Positions 30,758 to 39,730 of a stretch of DNA of 64,000 nt are shown here, piece after piece. A program made the position numbers and the translations under genes. Source of the stretch: Chthoniobacterales bacterium (GTDB taxonomy: Bacteria; Verrucomicrobiota; Verrucomicrobiia; Chthoniobacterales; UBA10450); assembly GCA_013815325.1 (NCBI GenBank), contig JACDGM010000003.1, positions 12,375 through 76,374 on the forward strand. The letters run 5' to 3'. The notes under the pieces were generated by a model. It had not been told where the DNA came from and searched no databases. It saw only the letters and a program-made list of their open reading frames with translations. How positions within the stretch are numbered: the stretch's first letter is position 1; each line of letters starts with the position of its first letter.

Positions 30758-30870
30758 CAGAAAAAGAGCGGGAAGATCAATCGGAAGCGGGAGGCTGTAA
30801 ACGGCAATCGAAGCGTTAGATGATCGAAGACCCAAAACGTTCACTCGCTGGGGGGAGGCGGCCCGCGACT

Positions 30871-32043
30871 TTAAATTCCTGCGCGCTGGAGCAAGTCTCG
30901 CAGAACCTTCTCGGCTTCGAAAACTTCGCGTGCGAGCGCGCGGGCGGCGCGGCTATGCTTTTTGTAATCGGCATTGATTGCGCGCACCGCTTCGGCGATT
31001 TCGCCTAACGAACGAAAGGCGAACAATCCGCCGTTGCTCCCATAATGATCGGTGAACCCAGTCTGCTGCGTGATGACCGGCCGCCCGGCCGCGAGATAGC
31101 AGGCGCTGCGGTCGCTGAACCAGCCCGTGTGCAACCGGACGTATTGATCTTTCGCGACCGTGAACTCGCCTTTCGAGCGCCGGATGTAAGCCCGGTATTC
31201 CCAGTAATCGACGCTCATCTCGTGCGGTGCCCGGAAACGCCAGTCATTGCGCAGAAACTTGTCGCGCGTCTTTTCGTCCTTGATGTCAGTCGCGAGCTCG
31301 AACGGCTCGCCCGATTTTTTTGGCGCGGCGACGAAGCGGAGGAACTCGCGCGACTTGCTCCAAAGATATTTTTCGCCGCGCCACTCGATGTCCTTCAATC
31401 CGCTCGTGGACCAATTCGCGATCGAAGTGAAGAGGGCGGTGGAGACTGGCCCGCGAGGGGTTTTCCAGAGATCGGTCACGACCGGCTGGCGGGTCGGGAT
31501 CCACTTCAATTTGTGCAAAGGCACTGGGAAGCGATTGGTCCCGACGTTTTCGCCGAAGGTGAAAAGCGCGTGATGTTTTTCCAAATATTCGACCGTCGAA
31601 CAAACGCGCTGATCGACCTTGATCTGCTCGACGCCGGGATCGCTCTCGACGTAAAGAATGCGTTCGCTCTTAAGGAGATCGTCGTTGAATTCTTGCGTCC
31701 CGCAGACGTTAAGAATCGCGTCGGCCTCGCGATAGAGCTGACGGATTTTCGTTAGGCGGATTCCCGCCGTGGGATAGTCCGGTAGGTAGCGCGCACAAAA
31801 ACCCCAGCGCCGCTCGAAACCGAATTCGCGCGCCAATTGCCCCAGCACTTGCGCGGCGTAAGCGAAGTCATTGTTCGTGTCAAAGGTTCGCGGGTTGTAT
31901 GGAATCCGCGCGGAGTCCTCGATGTAGTAGACGTCGTGCCCGAGCCGCTGCAGTCCGACGATGTAATGGACGTGCTGCCAGATGACGCCGGCGATCGGCA
32001 TCGAACCCATGAAGCCCATGACGACGATCTTTTTGCGTCTCAT
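30871..32043 (-). CDS. Uncharacterised protein, GT-B/CgeB-like glycosyltransferase resemblance
   Basis: No diagnostic motif. The C-terminal ...YLAAGRPVITQQTGF...GLFAFRSLGEIAEAV resembles group-1/CgeB-type glycosyltransferase tails. It runs on the same strand as an acetyltransferase and an ABC exporter. Confidence 0.35.
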   Translation of the reverse strand: MRRKKIVVMGFMGSMPIAGVIWQHVHYIVGLQRLGHDVYYIEDSARIPYNPRTFDTNNDFAYAAQVLGQLAREFGFERRWGFCARYLPDYPTAGIRLTKIRQLYREADAILNVCGTQEFNDDLLKSERILYVESDPGVEQIKVDQRVCSTVEYLEKHHALFTFGENVGTNRFPVPLHKLKWIPTRQPVVTDLWKTPRGPVSTALFTSIANWSTSGLKDIEWRGEKYLWSKSREFLRFVAAPKKSGEPFELATDIKDEKTRDKFLRNDWRFRAPHEMSVDYWEYRAYIRRSKGEFTVAKDQYVRLHTGWFSDRSACYLAAGRPVITQQTGFTDHYGSNGGLFAFRSLGEIAEAVRAINADYKKHSRAARALAREVFEAEKVLRDLLQRAGI

Positions 32044-32055
32044 TCGCTGAACTAA

Positions 32056-32126
32056 CCGCAGAGAGCGCAGAGAACGCAGAGGAAGAAACGAACCATTTTC
32101 ATCTCTGCGATCTCTGCGTCCTCTGC
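32056..32126. repeat. Low-complexity hairpin of (CGCAGAGA)n arms
   Basis: CCGCAGAGAGCGCAGAGAACGCAGAGGA (32056-32083) faces TCTCTGCGATCTCTGCGTCCTCTGC (32102-32126). Confidence 0.7.
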
Positions 32127-32129
32127 CGT

Positions 32130-32714
32130 TTATAACTGCTTCACCAGGATGGCGGGATTCCCCGCGACCACGGTATTCGCGGCGACGCTTTTCGAGACGA
32201 CGGAGCCGGCCGCGACGACGGAGTTTTCGCCGATCGTGACGCCTTTGAGAATGACCGCGTTCATTCCGATCCAGACGTTGTCGGCGATACAGACGGGCGC
32301 GGTGCGGATCGGCGGACGCGGCGGGCGTTCCTTGTAATAGGGAGCAAGTGCGCGGGCGTCGAGGCGGCGTTGCGCCGGATCGATCGGGTGAAAGTCAGAG
32401 TCGGCGATACCGACGTTCCAGGAAATCAGGCAGTGGCTCCCGATCTCGATCAGCTCTTCAGCCATGAGGAGCGCGCCGTTCATGAGAGAAAAATCCCCGA
32501 CGCTGCAGCGGCCATTTTCGCCGACCGCAAAGGAACAGCCGGCGTAGCAGGAAACATAGTCGCCTAACGAGACTGCATCCGGCTGGGTGCTGCGCAGCTT
32601 GCGAAAAATCTGCGCCGTCTCGCAGTAAAAACCTTCGCCGAAGCGAACGTTAGGCGGAATCGGATCGGGCCACCAATCAGCTTCGACACGGCGATCGGCG
32701 TTGACGTTGCTCAT
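32130..32714 (-). CDS. Hexapeptide-repeat (LbH) acetyltransferase
   Basis: IADNVWIGMNAVILKGVTIGENSVVAAGSVVSKSVAANTVVAGNPA. Confidence 0.8.
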   Translation of the reverse strand: MSNVNADRRVEADWWPDPIPPNVRFGEGFYCETAQIFRKLRSTQPDAVSLGDYVSCYAGCSFAVGENGRCSVGDFSLMNGALLMAEELIEIGSHCLISWNVGIADSDFHPIDPAQRRLDARALAPYYKERPPRPPIRTAPVCIADNVWIGMNAVILKGVTIGENSVVAAGSVVSKSVAANTVVAGNPAILVKQL

Positions 32715-34459
32715 GAGGGATAATTGCCCGCGGCGTAAAGTTTCGCGTAGGCGCCGCCGCGCGCCACGAGCTCAGGGCCGCGGCCGTGCTCGATGATGCG
32801 CCCGCCTTCGAGCACGACTATCTCATCGACGTTGTGAATGGTGGCGAGCCGATGCGTGACGATGAGTGTGGTGCGGCCGTACATCAGTTCTTTAATGGTT
32901 TCCATGATGGCCGCTTCGGTCGTGGGATCGAGCGCGGAGGTCGGTTCGTCGAGAAGAAGGATCGGCGCATTCTTAAGAAAAGCGCGCGCGATACCGATGC
33001 GCTGCCGCTGCCCAACGCTGAGGTGACCTCCGCGCTCTCCGACCGCACTGTTATACCCGTTAGGCAAACGGCTAATGAAATCGTCCGCCTGCGCGCGGCG
33101 AGCGGCTTCGCGGATCTCCTGCTCGGTCGCCTGGGGTCGGCCGTAAGCAATGTTTTCGCGGATGGTGGTGGAAAAGAGGATCGTGTCCTGAAGCACGATC
33201 GCGATCTTGTCGCGCAGAGATTTTTTCGTGATCTTTCTCAGGTCACGGCCATCCAGCCTAACGATGCCCGCGGTTGGATCGTAAAAGCGCGGGACGAGAC
33301 TGAGGAGCGTGCTCTTGCCCGCGCCGGTGCCGCCGACGAGCGCGACGATTTGGTTCGGCGCGATCGTTAGGTCAATTCCCTCGAGCACCGGCTGCTCGTC
33401 GTTGTAGCCGAAGCGAACACCGTCGAAGGCAATCGCCGCTTTGGTTTCGGGAATCGCAATCGCGCCAGGTGCGTCGCGCACATCGTCGGGGCGATCGAGC
33501 ACTTCGAAGCAGCGCCGCCCGCCCGCGGTCGCGCCTTCCATCGCCCAAGCGGTGTAGGTGAGCTCCTGGAGCGGTTGATAAAGCATTAACAGATAAGCGC
33601 TGAAAACGAGAAGCGTCCCCAGCGTCAGCGTCCCCGAGAGGACATGCAGCGTGCCCAGGTAATACATCGCCGACGTGCCGATGACGATGAGCATGCTGAT
33701 GACGAGTGCGCTTTGCACATTCGTCAGGGTGAGGCGCAGGTTGGCTTGCAGACTTTCCTGCGCGCGCTCCTGAAATTGCGAGACCTCGAAATCCTCCCGC
33801 CCGAAGGCGTGCACCATGCGAATCGCGCTCAAGCCTTCCTGCGCTTGCGCGAGCAGGGCGCTATCGCGTTCCTGGATGGAAGTCGATTGCGTGCGGATGC
33901 GATGCGCGAAGAAATAAATCGCACCAACGATGAGCGGAACGATGCCTAACGAGAGCAGCGCGAGCTGCCAGTCGAGCCGCAGCATGATGCAGAAGATGCC
34001 GACGAGCGTAATGACGGAACCGAAAATATTAGTGAAGCCCTTGTTGTAGATGGTCTGGATCGACTGCGAATCGTAGGCCACGCGAAAGCTGGAATCGGCC
34101 GAGCGCCGAGCGTCGTGATACTTAAGCGAGAGCGATTGCAGGTAGGCGTACAGATCGGTTCGCAGTCTGAGCAGCGCCTGCAGGCCGACCTTCACGAAGA
34201 TGTAATTCGTGACGAGATTGACGACGCCCCAGACAGCCTGGAGCGCGACGAGAGCGAGACAGAGCAGGGGAATGTAGTGGCGCCAATTTGCGTGTGTCGC
34301 GCGGAAGGCCGAGTCCGCCGGGAGGATTTGATCGACGATGAATTTAAACGGCCAGGGCTTGAGTAGATTGACTCCAATCCCTACCAGCGAGAGCGCGAGC
34401 CCGAGAATCGTAGGCGGCAGAAAAGGCCGATAGTAACGAAGCACGCGCCGGTAGATCAT
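32711..34459 (-). CDS. ABC exporter, fused permease/ATPase (MsbA-like)
   Basis: Six-TM domain, Walker A GGTGAGKST, signature LSVGQRQR, Walker B ILLLDEPTSALD. Confidence 0.88.
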   Translation of the reverse strand: MIYRRVLRYYRPFLPPTILGLALSLVGIGVNLLKPWPFKFIVDQILPADSAFRATHANWRHYIPLLCLALVALQAVWGVVNLVTNYIFVKVGLQALLRLRTDLYAYLQSLSLKYHDARRSADSSFRVAYDSQSIQTIYNKGFTNIFGSVITLVGIFCIMLRLDWQLALLSLGIVPLIVGAIYFFAHRIRTQSTSIQERDSALLAQAQEGLSAIRMVHAFGREDFEVSQFQERAQESLQANLRLTLTNVQSALVISMLIVIGTSAMYYLGTLHVLSGTLTLGTLLVFSAYLLMLYQPLQELTYTAWAMEGATAGGRRCFEVLDRPDDVRDAPGAIAIPETKAAIAFDGVRFGYNDEQPVLEGIDLTIAPNQIVALVGGTGAGKSTLLSLVPRFYDPTAGIVRLDGRDLRKITKKSLRDKIAIVLQDTILFSTTIRENIAYGRPQATEQEIREAARRAQADDFISRLPNGYNSAVGERGGHLSVGQRQRIGIARAFLKNAPILLLDEPTSALDPTTEAAIMETIKELMYGRTTLIVTHRLATIHNVDEIVVLEGGRIIEHGRGPELVARGGAYAKLYAAGNYPS

Positions 34460-34467
34460 GGGAATTA

Positions 34468-34553
34468 GATTGCAGATTGACGATTGCAGATGGAACTAGC
34501 GGCGCGGCCCTGAGGCTAAATCTGAAATTTGAAATCTGAAATCTGAAATTCTG
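34468..34553. repeat. Short tandem repeats in a divergent promoter region: GATTGCAGA x2 and a degenerate 7-mer (GAAATCT) run
   Basis: GATTGCAGATTGACGATTGCAGA (34468-34490); AAATCTGAAATTTGAAATCTGAAATCTGAAATTCTG (34518-34553). Confidence 0.7.
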
Positions 34554-34555
34554 CC

Positions 34556-35185
34556 GTGCATCATTTACTCGAAATTTGGTTTGGGTGGGTTTTAAACGGC
34601 GGCTACCTCGGCATCATCGCGCTCATGGCGATGGAGAGCTCGATCATTCCGGTGCCGAGCGAAATTGTGATTCCGCCCGCAGCTTTTCTCGCCGCGCGCG
34701 GTGACCTGAGTTTTGCCGGCGTCATTCTCGCGGGCACTTTCGGTTCCTGGCTCGGCGCAGCGATTAGCTACTGGGTTTCGCTCTGGGTCGGACGCGCCGT
34801 GATCCTTCGCTTTGGGAAATTCTTTTTCATCAGCGGCGAGAAATTGGACCGCGCCGAAATCTGGCTGGCGCGCTATGAAGCAGGCGGTGTCTTTTTTGCG
34901 CGCCTGCTCCCAATCATTCGACACCTCATTTCCATTCCGGCGGGGGTCGTGCGGATGAACTTTTGGGTTTTCAGTCTCGTCACCGTCGCGGGCTCCGCGC
35001 TTTGGTGCGGCGTGCTCGCCTATCTCGGCGCGAGGGCTTACCGCGCCCAGCCGGATTTGATCAACAATCCCGATGGCCTTGTCCACCTGATGAAAACGCA
35101 ATCGCACTGGATCATTCTCTTCGTGGCGGTGCTCGCGGTGCTATATCTCCTGGTCCTCCGTTTATCAGTAAAACGCCCGTCATGA
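34556..35185 (+). CDS. DedA family membrane protein
   Basis: ARLLPIIRHLISIPAGVVRMNFWVF signature region; GTG start. Confidence 0.8.
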   Translation: MHHLLEIWFGWVLNGGYLGIIALMAMESSIIPVPSEIVIPPAAFLAARGDLSFAGVILAGTFGSWLGAAISYWVSLWVGRAVILRFGKFFFISGEKLDRAEIWLARYEAGGVFFARLLPIIRHLISIPAGVVRMNFWVFSLVTVAGSALWCGVLAYLGARAYRAQPDLINNPDGLVHLMKTQSHWIILFVAVLAVLYLLVLRLSVKRPS

Positions 35186-35326
35186 CGCCGGGGTGCTGTT
35201 CATCTTCTTAACACAAGTGTCGACTCTTCGGCGCGCGCCGACACATCTCGTGGCGCAGTTTTGAACGACCACCCGGGAAAGCTCATCTAACGAAAAGATG
35301 GCATTTATCCTGCTACAAGACTCGCA

Positions 35327-35515
35327 ATGCGTATGAAAAAGAATACTCAAATCCTCAAAACACGACCCAGGCTTTCACTCGGTGACCTCATCCTTGCCGT
35401 CAGTTCCTGTACGAAGAACACAAAGGAGACAGTCGCCACCGTGGCCGACCTGCTCGCCAGCGGTCAGGTGCGTGTGGAAAGCAACGGGCGCTTCAATCGC
35501 GCTCGGGTCTGCTAA
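35327..35515 (+). CDS. Small hypothetical protein (62 aa)
   Basis: A stand-alone ORF in a lower-GC patch, followed 17 nt later by a textbook intrinsic terminator. No family recognised. Confidence 0.4.
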   Translation: MRMKKNTQILKTRPRLSLGDLILAVSSCTKNTKETVATVADLLASGQVRVESNGRFNRARVC

Positions 35516-35532
35516 AACATTTCGATCGTCTT

Positions 35533-35574
35533 GCGTCGCGCAGATGGGAAGCCATCTGCGCGACGCTTTTTTTT
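35533..35574 (+). terminator. Rho-independent terminator
   Basis: Perfect 15-bp stem GCGTCGCGCAGATGG / CCATCTGCGCGACGC, loop GAAG, then T8. Confidence 0.85.
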
Positions 35575-35623
35575 GCCCCAGAAAAGAGCTTTCCGCTCGC
35601 TTGCGCCAACTTATCTTGGCGCC

Positions 35624-36919
35624 GTGATTGCTCGTTATTCGCGCCCGCCAATGCGCGAGCTGTGGTCTGAGGAATACAAATTTCAAATCTGGCTCGAGAT
35701 TGAAACACTCGCCTGCGAGGCGATGGCGGATCTCGGCGAAATCCCTGCCGAGGACGCCAGGGATATCCGACAGCGCGCGCGTTTTTCGATCGATGAAATC
35801 AACGAGATTGAGAAACGCACCAATCATGACGTCATCGCATTTCTCGAGAACGTCGCGGAATCAGTCGGCCCGGCCGCGCGCTGGATTCATCAGGGTCTGA
35901 CCTCTTCCGATCTCCTCGATACCACCCTGGCGGTGCAGCTGACCGAATCGGCGAAAATCCTTGCCGCGGATATCGCTGCGCTGCGCAGCGTCATCGCGTC
36001 GCAGGCGCGGCGCTACAAAATGACGCCGATGATCGGCCGCAGTCATGGCATTCACGCGGAGCCGATCACGTTCGGGCTAAAGCTTGCGCTCATGTATGAC
36101 GAATTCGGGCGCGCCGCGGAGAGGCTTGCACAAACTGCTGAGCGGGTTCGTGTCGGCAAATTAAGCGGCGCTGTGGGCACCCATGCGCATCTCGATCCGC
36201 GGATCGAGCGCCAGGTTTGCGAGAAGCTCGGCCTGAAGCCCGCGGTGCTTTCCACCCAGATCATTCAGCGCGATCGCCACGCCGAATTTTGCACCACACT
36301 AGCGCTCGTCGCTTCGAGTATCGATCGCTGGGCAACCGAGCTGCGCCATCTGCAACGGACCGAGGTTCTCGAGGTTGAGGAGTTTTTCAGCGCCGGCCAG
36401 AAAGGCAGCTCAGCCATGCCGCACAAGCGCAACCCTATCACCGCGGAGCGCCTGAGCGGGCTGGCCCGGGTCGTCAGGGGAAACGCCGTCGCGGCGTTGG
36501 AAAATGTAGCGCTTTGGCACGAGCGCGACATCAGCCATTCCAGCGCCGAGCGCATCATCCTGCCGGATTCCTGCACACTCCTCGACTACATGCTCGACAA
36601 ACTGCGTGGGCTGATTGAGCAGTTGCAGGTTTACCCCGAGAATATGGAGCGCAATCTCGGCCTAACGAAAGGGCTTTACTTCAGCCAGTCGATCCTTCTC
36701 GCGCTCACCCGCGCCGGCGCCGCCCGTCAGACGGCTTACGAAGCGGTGCAACGCGCGGCAATGAAGACTTGGAAGGGCGATCAATCTTTCGCCGCGAACG
36801 CCAAGGCGGAGTTACAAATCACCGGCCTTCTTTCGCCTGACGAGATCGACAAACTCTGCTCGCTCGACATCCACTTCCGGCATGTCGATGAGACATTTCG
36901 CGCCCTCGGGCTGGAGTGA
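35624..36919 (+). CDS. purB: Adenylosuccinate lyase
   Basis: VIARYSRPPMRELWSEEYKFQIWLEIE; lyase signature GSSAMPHKRNP. I set the start to GTG 35624 because the longer track ORF would begin inside the upstream terminator. Confidence 0.9.
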   Translation: MIARYSRPPMRELWSEEYKFQIWLEIETLACEAMADLGEIPAEDARDIRQRARFSIDEINEIEKRTNHDVIAFLENVAESVGPAARWIHQGLTSSDLLDTTLAVQLTESAKILAADIAALRSVIASQARRYKMTPMIGRSHGIHAEPITFGLKLALMYDEFGRAAERLAQTAERVRVGKLSGAVGTHAHLDPRIERQVCEKLGLKPAVLSTQIIQRDRHAEFCTTLALVASSIDRWATELRHLQRTEVLEVEEFFSAGQKGSSAMPHKRNPITAERLSGLARVVRGNAVAALENVALWHERDISHSSAERIILPDSCTLLDYMLDKLRGLIEQLQVYPENMERNLGLTKGLYFSQSILLALTRAGAARQTAYEAVQRAAMKTWKGDQSFAANAKAELQITGLLSPDEIDKLCSLDIHFRHVDETFRALGLE

Positions 36920-36945
36920 CTTAAGGGACGTGACCCCTATCGCCT

Positions 36946-37025
36946 GGGTAGCGCACAGCCTGCCCGCCGTGTGCGGGCGTCTCGTGTGCTGGTCGATGCG
37001 TCTCGCGGCGACGAACTTTCCTTCT
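36946..37025. repeat. Partial or degenerate copy of palindromic element family 1
   Basis: GGGTAGCGCA...CGTCTCGTGTGCTGGTCGATGCGTCTCGCGGCGACGAACTTTCCTTC. Its second half is nearly identical to the reverse complement of about 39596-39635. Confidence 0.6.
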
Positions 37026-37131
37026 GCATGAAGGCCACGAGAATGGCCTTACGCCTCCCAGCTTAGCCTGACGAACCGCGCGTCCCGCTAAAGGGCTTGT
37101 CGCGCCGCCGCGTCTCGCTTATCCAAGCGCC

Positions 37132-37854
37132 ATGCTGAGAACCGCCCGCCACGATCGTGAATTCGTCGACGGCTTTCGCATGCGCGGGCTGGAAGTCACG
37201 CGGGTCGAAGGCTTCAGCGACGCCGTCTTTGGCTTCGCTCTCACCCTCCTCGTCGTCTCACTCGATGTGCCGAAAAACTTCGACGATCTTGTCGCGAGCA
37301 TGCGCGGTTTTCCCGCTTTCGCTCTCTGCTTTCTCCTCCTCACGCTCATCTGGAATTACCATTACAAATTTTGCCGCCGCTACGGTCTCGACGACGGCAC
37401 GACGCGCTTTCTCACCTGCGTTCTTCTTTTCCTCGTTCTCTTCTACGTCTACCCGCTCAAGTTTCTTTTCAACCTGAGCGTCAACGAACTCATCTTTGGG
37501 GTTCGGGGCAATGCCATCGATCTGAAGGTCTCGCAAATCTCCGCCCTCCTCATCATTTATGGGCTCGGTTTCGCGGCGGTTTATCTCGCCATTTTTTTTC
37601 TTTATCTCCACGCCTGGCGATTGCGCGATGCGCTCGACCTGAACGAACTGGAAAGAATGGAAACCCGCTTCCTTCTCTTGCGCATGTCGATCTTCGTCGG
37701 CGTCGGGATCCTGGCCGCCCTCCTCGCCTGTTTTCCGCGCACACTTTCCTATAGCGGTTTCTGTTATATTGCCATCTTTCCGCTCATGCGCATTCTCAAG
37801 CGCATGCATCGGCGGAAACGCGCGCCTCTTCTATCGCAGGCGGCCGCTCGTTAG
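37132..37854 (+). CDS. TMEM175/DUF1211 family potassium channel
   Basis: RVEGFSDAVFGFALTLLVV (RxxxFSD motif); multi-TM. Confidence 0.75.
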   Translation: MLRTARHDREFVDGFRMRGLEVTRVEGFSDAVFGFALTLLVVSLDVPKNFDDLVASMRGFPAFALCFLLLTLIWNYHYKFCRRYGLDDGTTRFLTCVLLFLVLFYVYPLKFLFNLSVNELIFGVRGNAIDLKVSQISALLIIYGLGFAAVYLAIFFLYLHAWRLRDALDLNELERMETRFLLLRMSIFVGVGILAALLACFPRTLSYSGFCYIAIFPLMRILKRMHRRKRAPLLSQAAAR

Positions 37855-37907
37855 GCCAACCCGCCGGTTGCGCCGTGCGAGGCGCGCCCGCAATATCACC
37901 GAGCCCG

Positions 37908-39503
37908 ATGCCCAAGCCGTTCTACATCACCACCGCGATCGATTACACGAACGGCGCGCCGCACATCGGCCACGCCTACGAGAAGGTGCTCGCCGATGTC
38001 ATCGCGCGTTATCATCGGCTGAAGGGCGACGAAGTTTTCTTCCTCACCGGGGTCGATCAACACGGGCAAAAAGTGCAGCAATCCGCCGAGAAAGTCGGCC
38101 TCCCGCCGCAGCAATTCGTTGACGAGATTACGGCGAAGTTCATCGCCTTATGGGAGAAACTCGAAGTCCGCTACGACGGCTGGGCCGCCACGACCGATCC
38201 GCTGCACAAGAAGTGTGTGCAAGGAATTCTCCAGCGCCTCTACGACGAAGAGCAGATCTACAAAGACAAGCAGGAGGGCTACTACAGCGTTCGCCAGGAA
38301 CAATTCCTGACCGACAAAGAGCGTGGCTCAGATGGGGAGTTCGGACCGCAGTGGGGAGAGATCGAGCACCGCACCGAGGAGAACTACTATTTCCGGCTTG
38401 CCCAGCACCGGGAGTGGCTGCTCGGCTATCTCCAATCCGAGCGCGGCCGCGATTGCGTCACCCCCCACTTCCGCCAAGTCGAACTCGTCAATGCCGTCGA
38501 GAAGCTGAGCGGCGACCTCTGCATCTCGCGTCCGAAATCACGCCTCAGTTGGGGCATCGAGCTGCCCTTTGATCGCGACTACGTTAACTACGTCTGGTTC
38601 GACGCCCTAACGAACTACATCAGCTTTGCGGGTTACGACCCGACCATTTCATCCTTCATCCTTCAGCCTTCATCCTTTCAGAACAAGTGGCCGGCGCTGC
38701 ACGTCATCGGCAAAGACATCCTCATTCCCGCGCACGGCATCTATTGGCCGATCATGCTTCACGCCCTCGGCTTCCCCGACGAGCAGATGCCGAAATTGCT
38801 CGTCCACGGCTGGTGGAACATCAGCGGCGCGAAGATGAGCAAATCGCTAGGCAACGTTGTCGACCCAGATTCGTTAGCCGACAAATACGGCGCAGAAGCG
38901 CTCCGCTATTATTTGATGAGCGACATAGTGAGCGGAAAAGATGCGGATTTCTCTGAGGAACGCCTGGTTGAAAGACACAACTCTGATTTGGCGAATTCGC
39001 TCGGGAATTTGCTGAACCGAACGTTGAACATGGTCCAGCGGTACCGAGGCGGAGGCTTAACGCGGGTCTCGCCTGAGAGGACATCCGCAGATGTTACCAG
39101 CGGATATACGGAACTCGTCAGGCGCTTCGAGGCAGCGTTGCCAACGCATGAGTCCAATCGCGCCATTGAAGCTGTGATTGAGAACGTTAGCTTCTTTAAT
39201 GGGTTCATTGACGCGAATGCGCCGTGGGCGCTTGCGAAATCATCGGCGCCTTCAGATCAGGCGCGGCTGACCGAGGTTCTCTACGATTGCACTGAGTCAA
39301 TCCGGATCTTCGCGATTCTTATCTCACCGGTCCTGCCGGCTGCGGCGGAGGGCATTTTTGATCAGCTTAATTGGAAGATGGCGCTGGCCGGCAGGGAAGA
39401 ACGCTTTTCGTTAGGCGAGGTGAAGTGGGGACAGCTGCCGGACGGGCACGTAGTGGGCAAACCGATGCCATTGTTCCCGCGGATCGAGCGAGATCCCGCG
39501 TAG
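37908..39503 (+). CDS. metG: Methionine--tRNA ligase
   Basis: HIGH motif APHIGHAY and KMSKS motif GAKMSKSLGN. I chose the ATG at 37908 (MPKPFYITTAIDY) over the upstream GTG. Confidence 0.9.
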   Translation: MPKPFYITTAIDYTNGAPHIGHAYEKVLADVIARYHRLKGDEVFFLTGVDQHGQKVQQSAEKVGLPPQQFVDEITAKFIALWEKLEVRYDGWAATTDPLHKKCVQGILQRLYDEEQIYKDKQEGYYSVRQEQFLTDKERGSDGEFGPQWGEIEHRTEENYYFRLAQHREWLLGYLQSERGRDCVTPHFRQVELVNAVEKLSGDLCISRPKSRLSWGIELPFDRDYVNYVWFDALTNYISFAGYDPTISSFILQPSSFQNKWPALHVIGKDILIPAHGIYWPIMLHALGFPDEQMPKLLVHGWWNISGAKMSKSLGNVVDPDSLADKYGAEALRYYLMSDIVSGKDADFSEERLVERHNSDLANSLGNLLNRTLNMVQRYRGGGLTRVSPERTSADVTSGYTELVRRFEAALPTHESNRAIEAVIENVSFFNGFIDANAPWALAKSSAPSDQARLTEVLYDCTESIRIFAILISPVLPAAAEGIFDQLNWKMALAGREERFSLGEVKWGQLPDGHVVGKPMPLFPRIERDPA

Positions 39504-39647
39504 CGCATGCGTCCCGCGTGCTGTCGATTGCGAATTTTTTCTGGCACCAGGGCCCCCCGGAAGCGAAGGGAGCGTTTTGACGCTCACGATGAAAGCAAAG
39601 TTCGTCGCCGCGAGACGCGTCGACCAGCACGGGGGCGCATGCGCTAT
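39500..39647. repeat. Palindromic element family 1, second complete copy
   Basis: The arm GTAGCGCATGCGTCCCGCGTGCTG (39500-39523) faces CAGCACGGGGGCGCATGCGCTAT (39625-39647). The metG stop TAG (39501-39503) lies in the left arm. Confidence 0.75.
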
Positions 39648-39730
39648 CGGGCAGCGGTCGCAGCAGCATTAGCCACTCCTCATTATCCTATTGCCCTGCG
39701 CACGACCGTTAGGCAATCTGCCTCTCGGCT

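Noticed and set aside
34518-34553. Possible CRISPR array or other spaced-repeat locus (also checked 50565-50586 and 32056-32126)
   Set aside because: The units are 6-9 nt and directly abutting or form hairpins. There are no 25-40-nt repeats with unique spacers and no cas genes.
15498-36282. Enrichment of the cyanobacterial-type HIP1 palindrome GCGATCGC
   Set aside because: I saw only a handful of exact copies (for example near 15498, 16490 and 36275). This is not obviously above what a CG-rich genome would give, and I did not pursue it.
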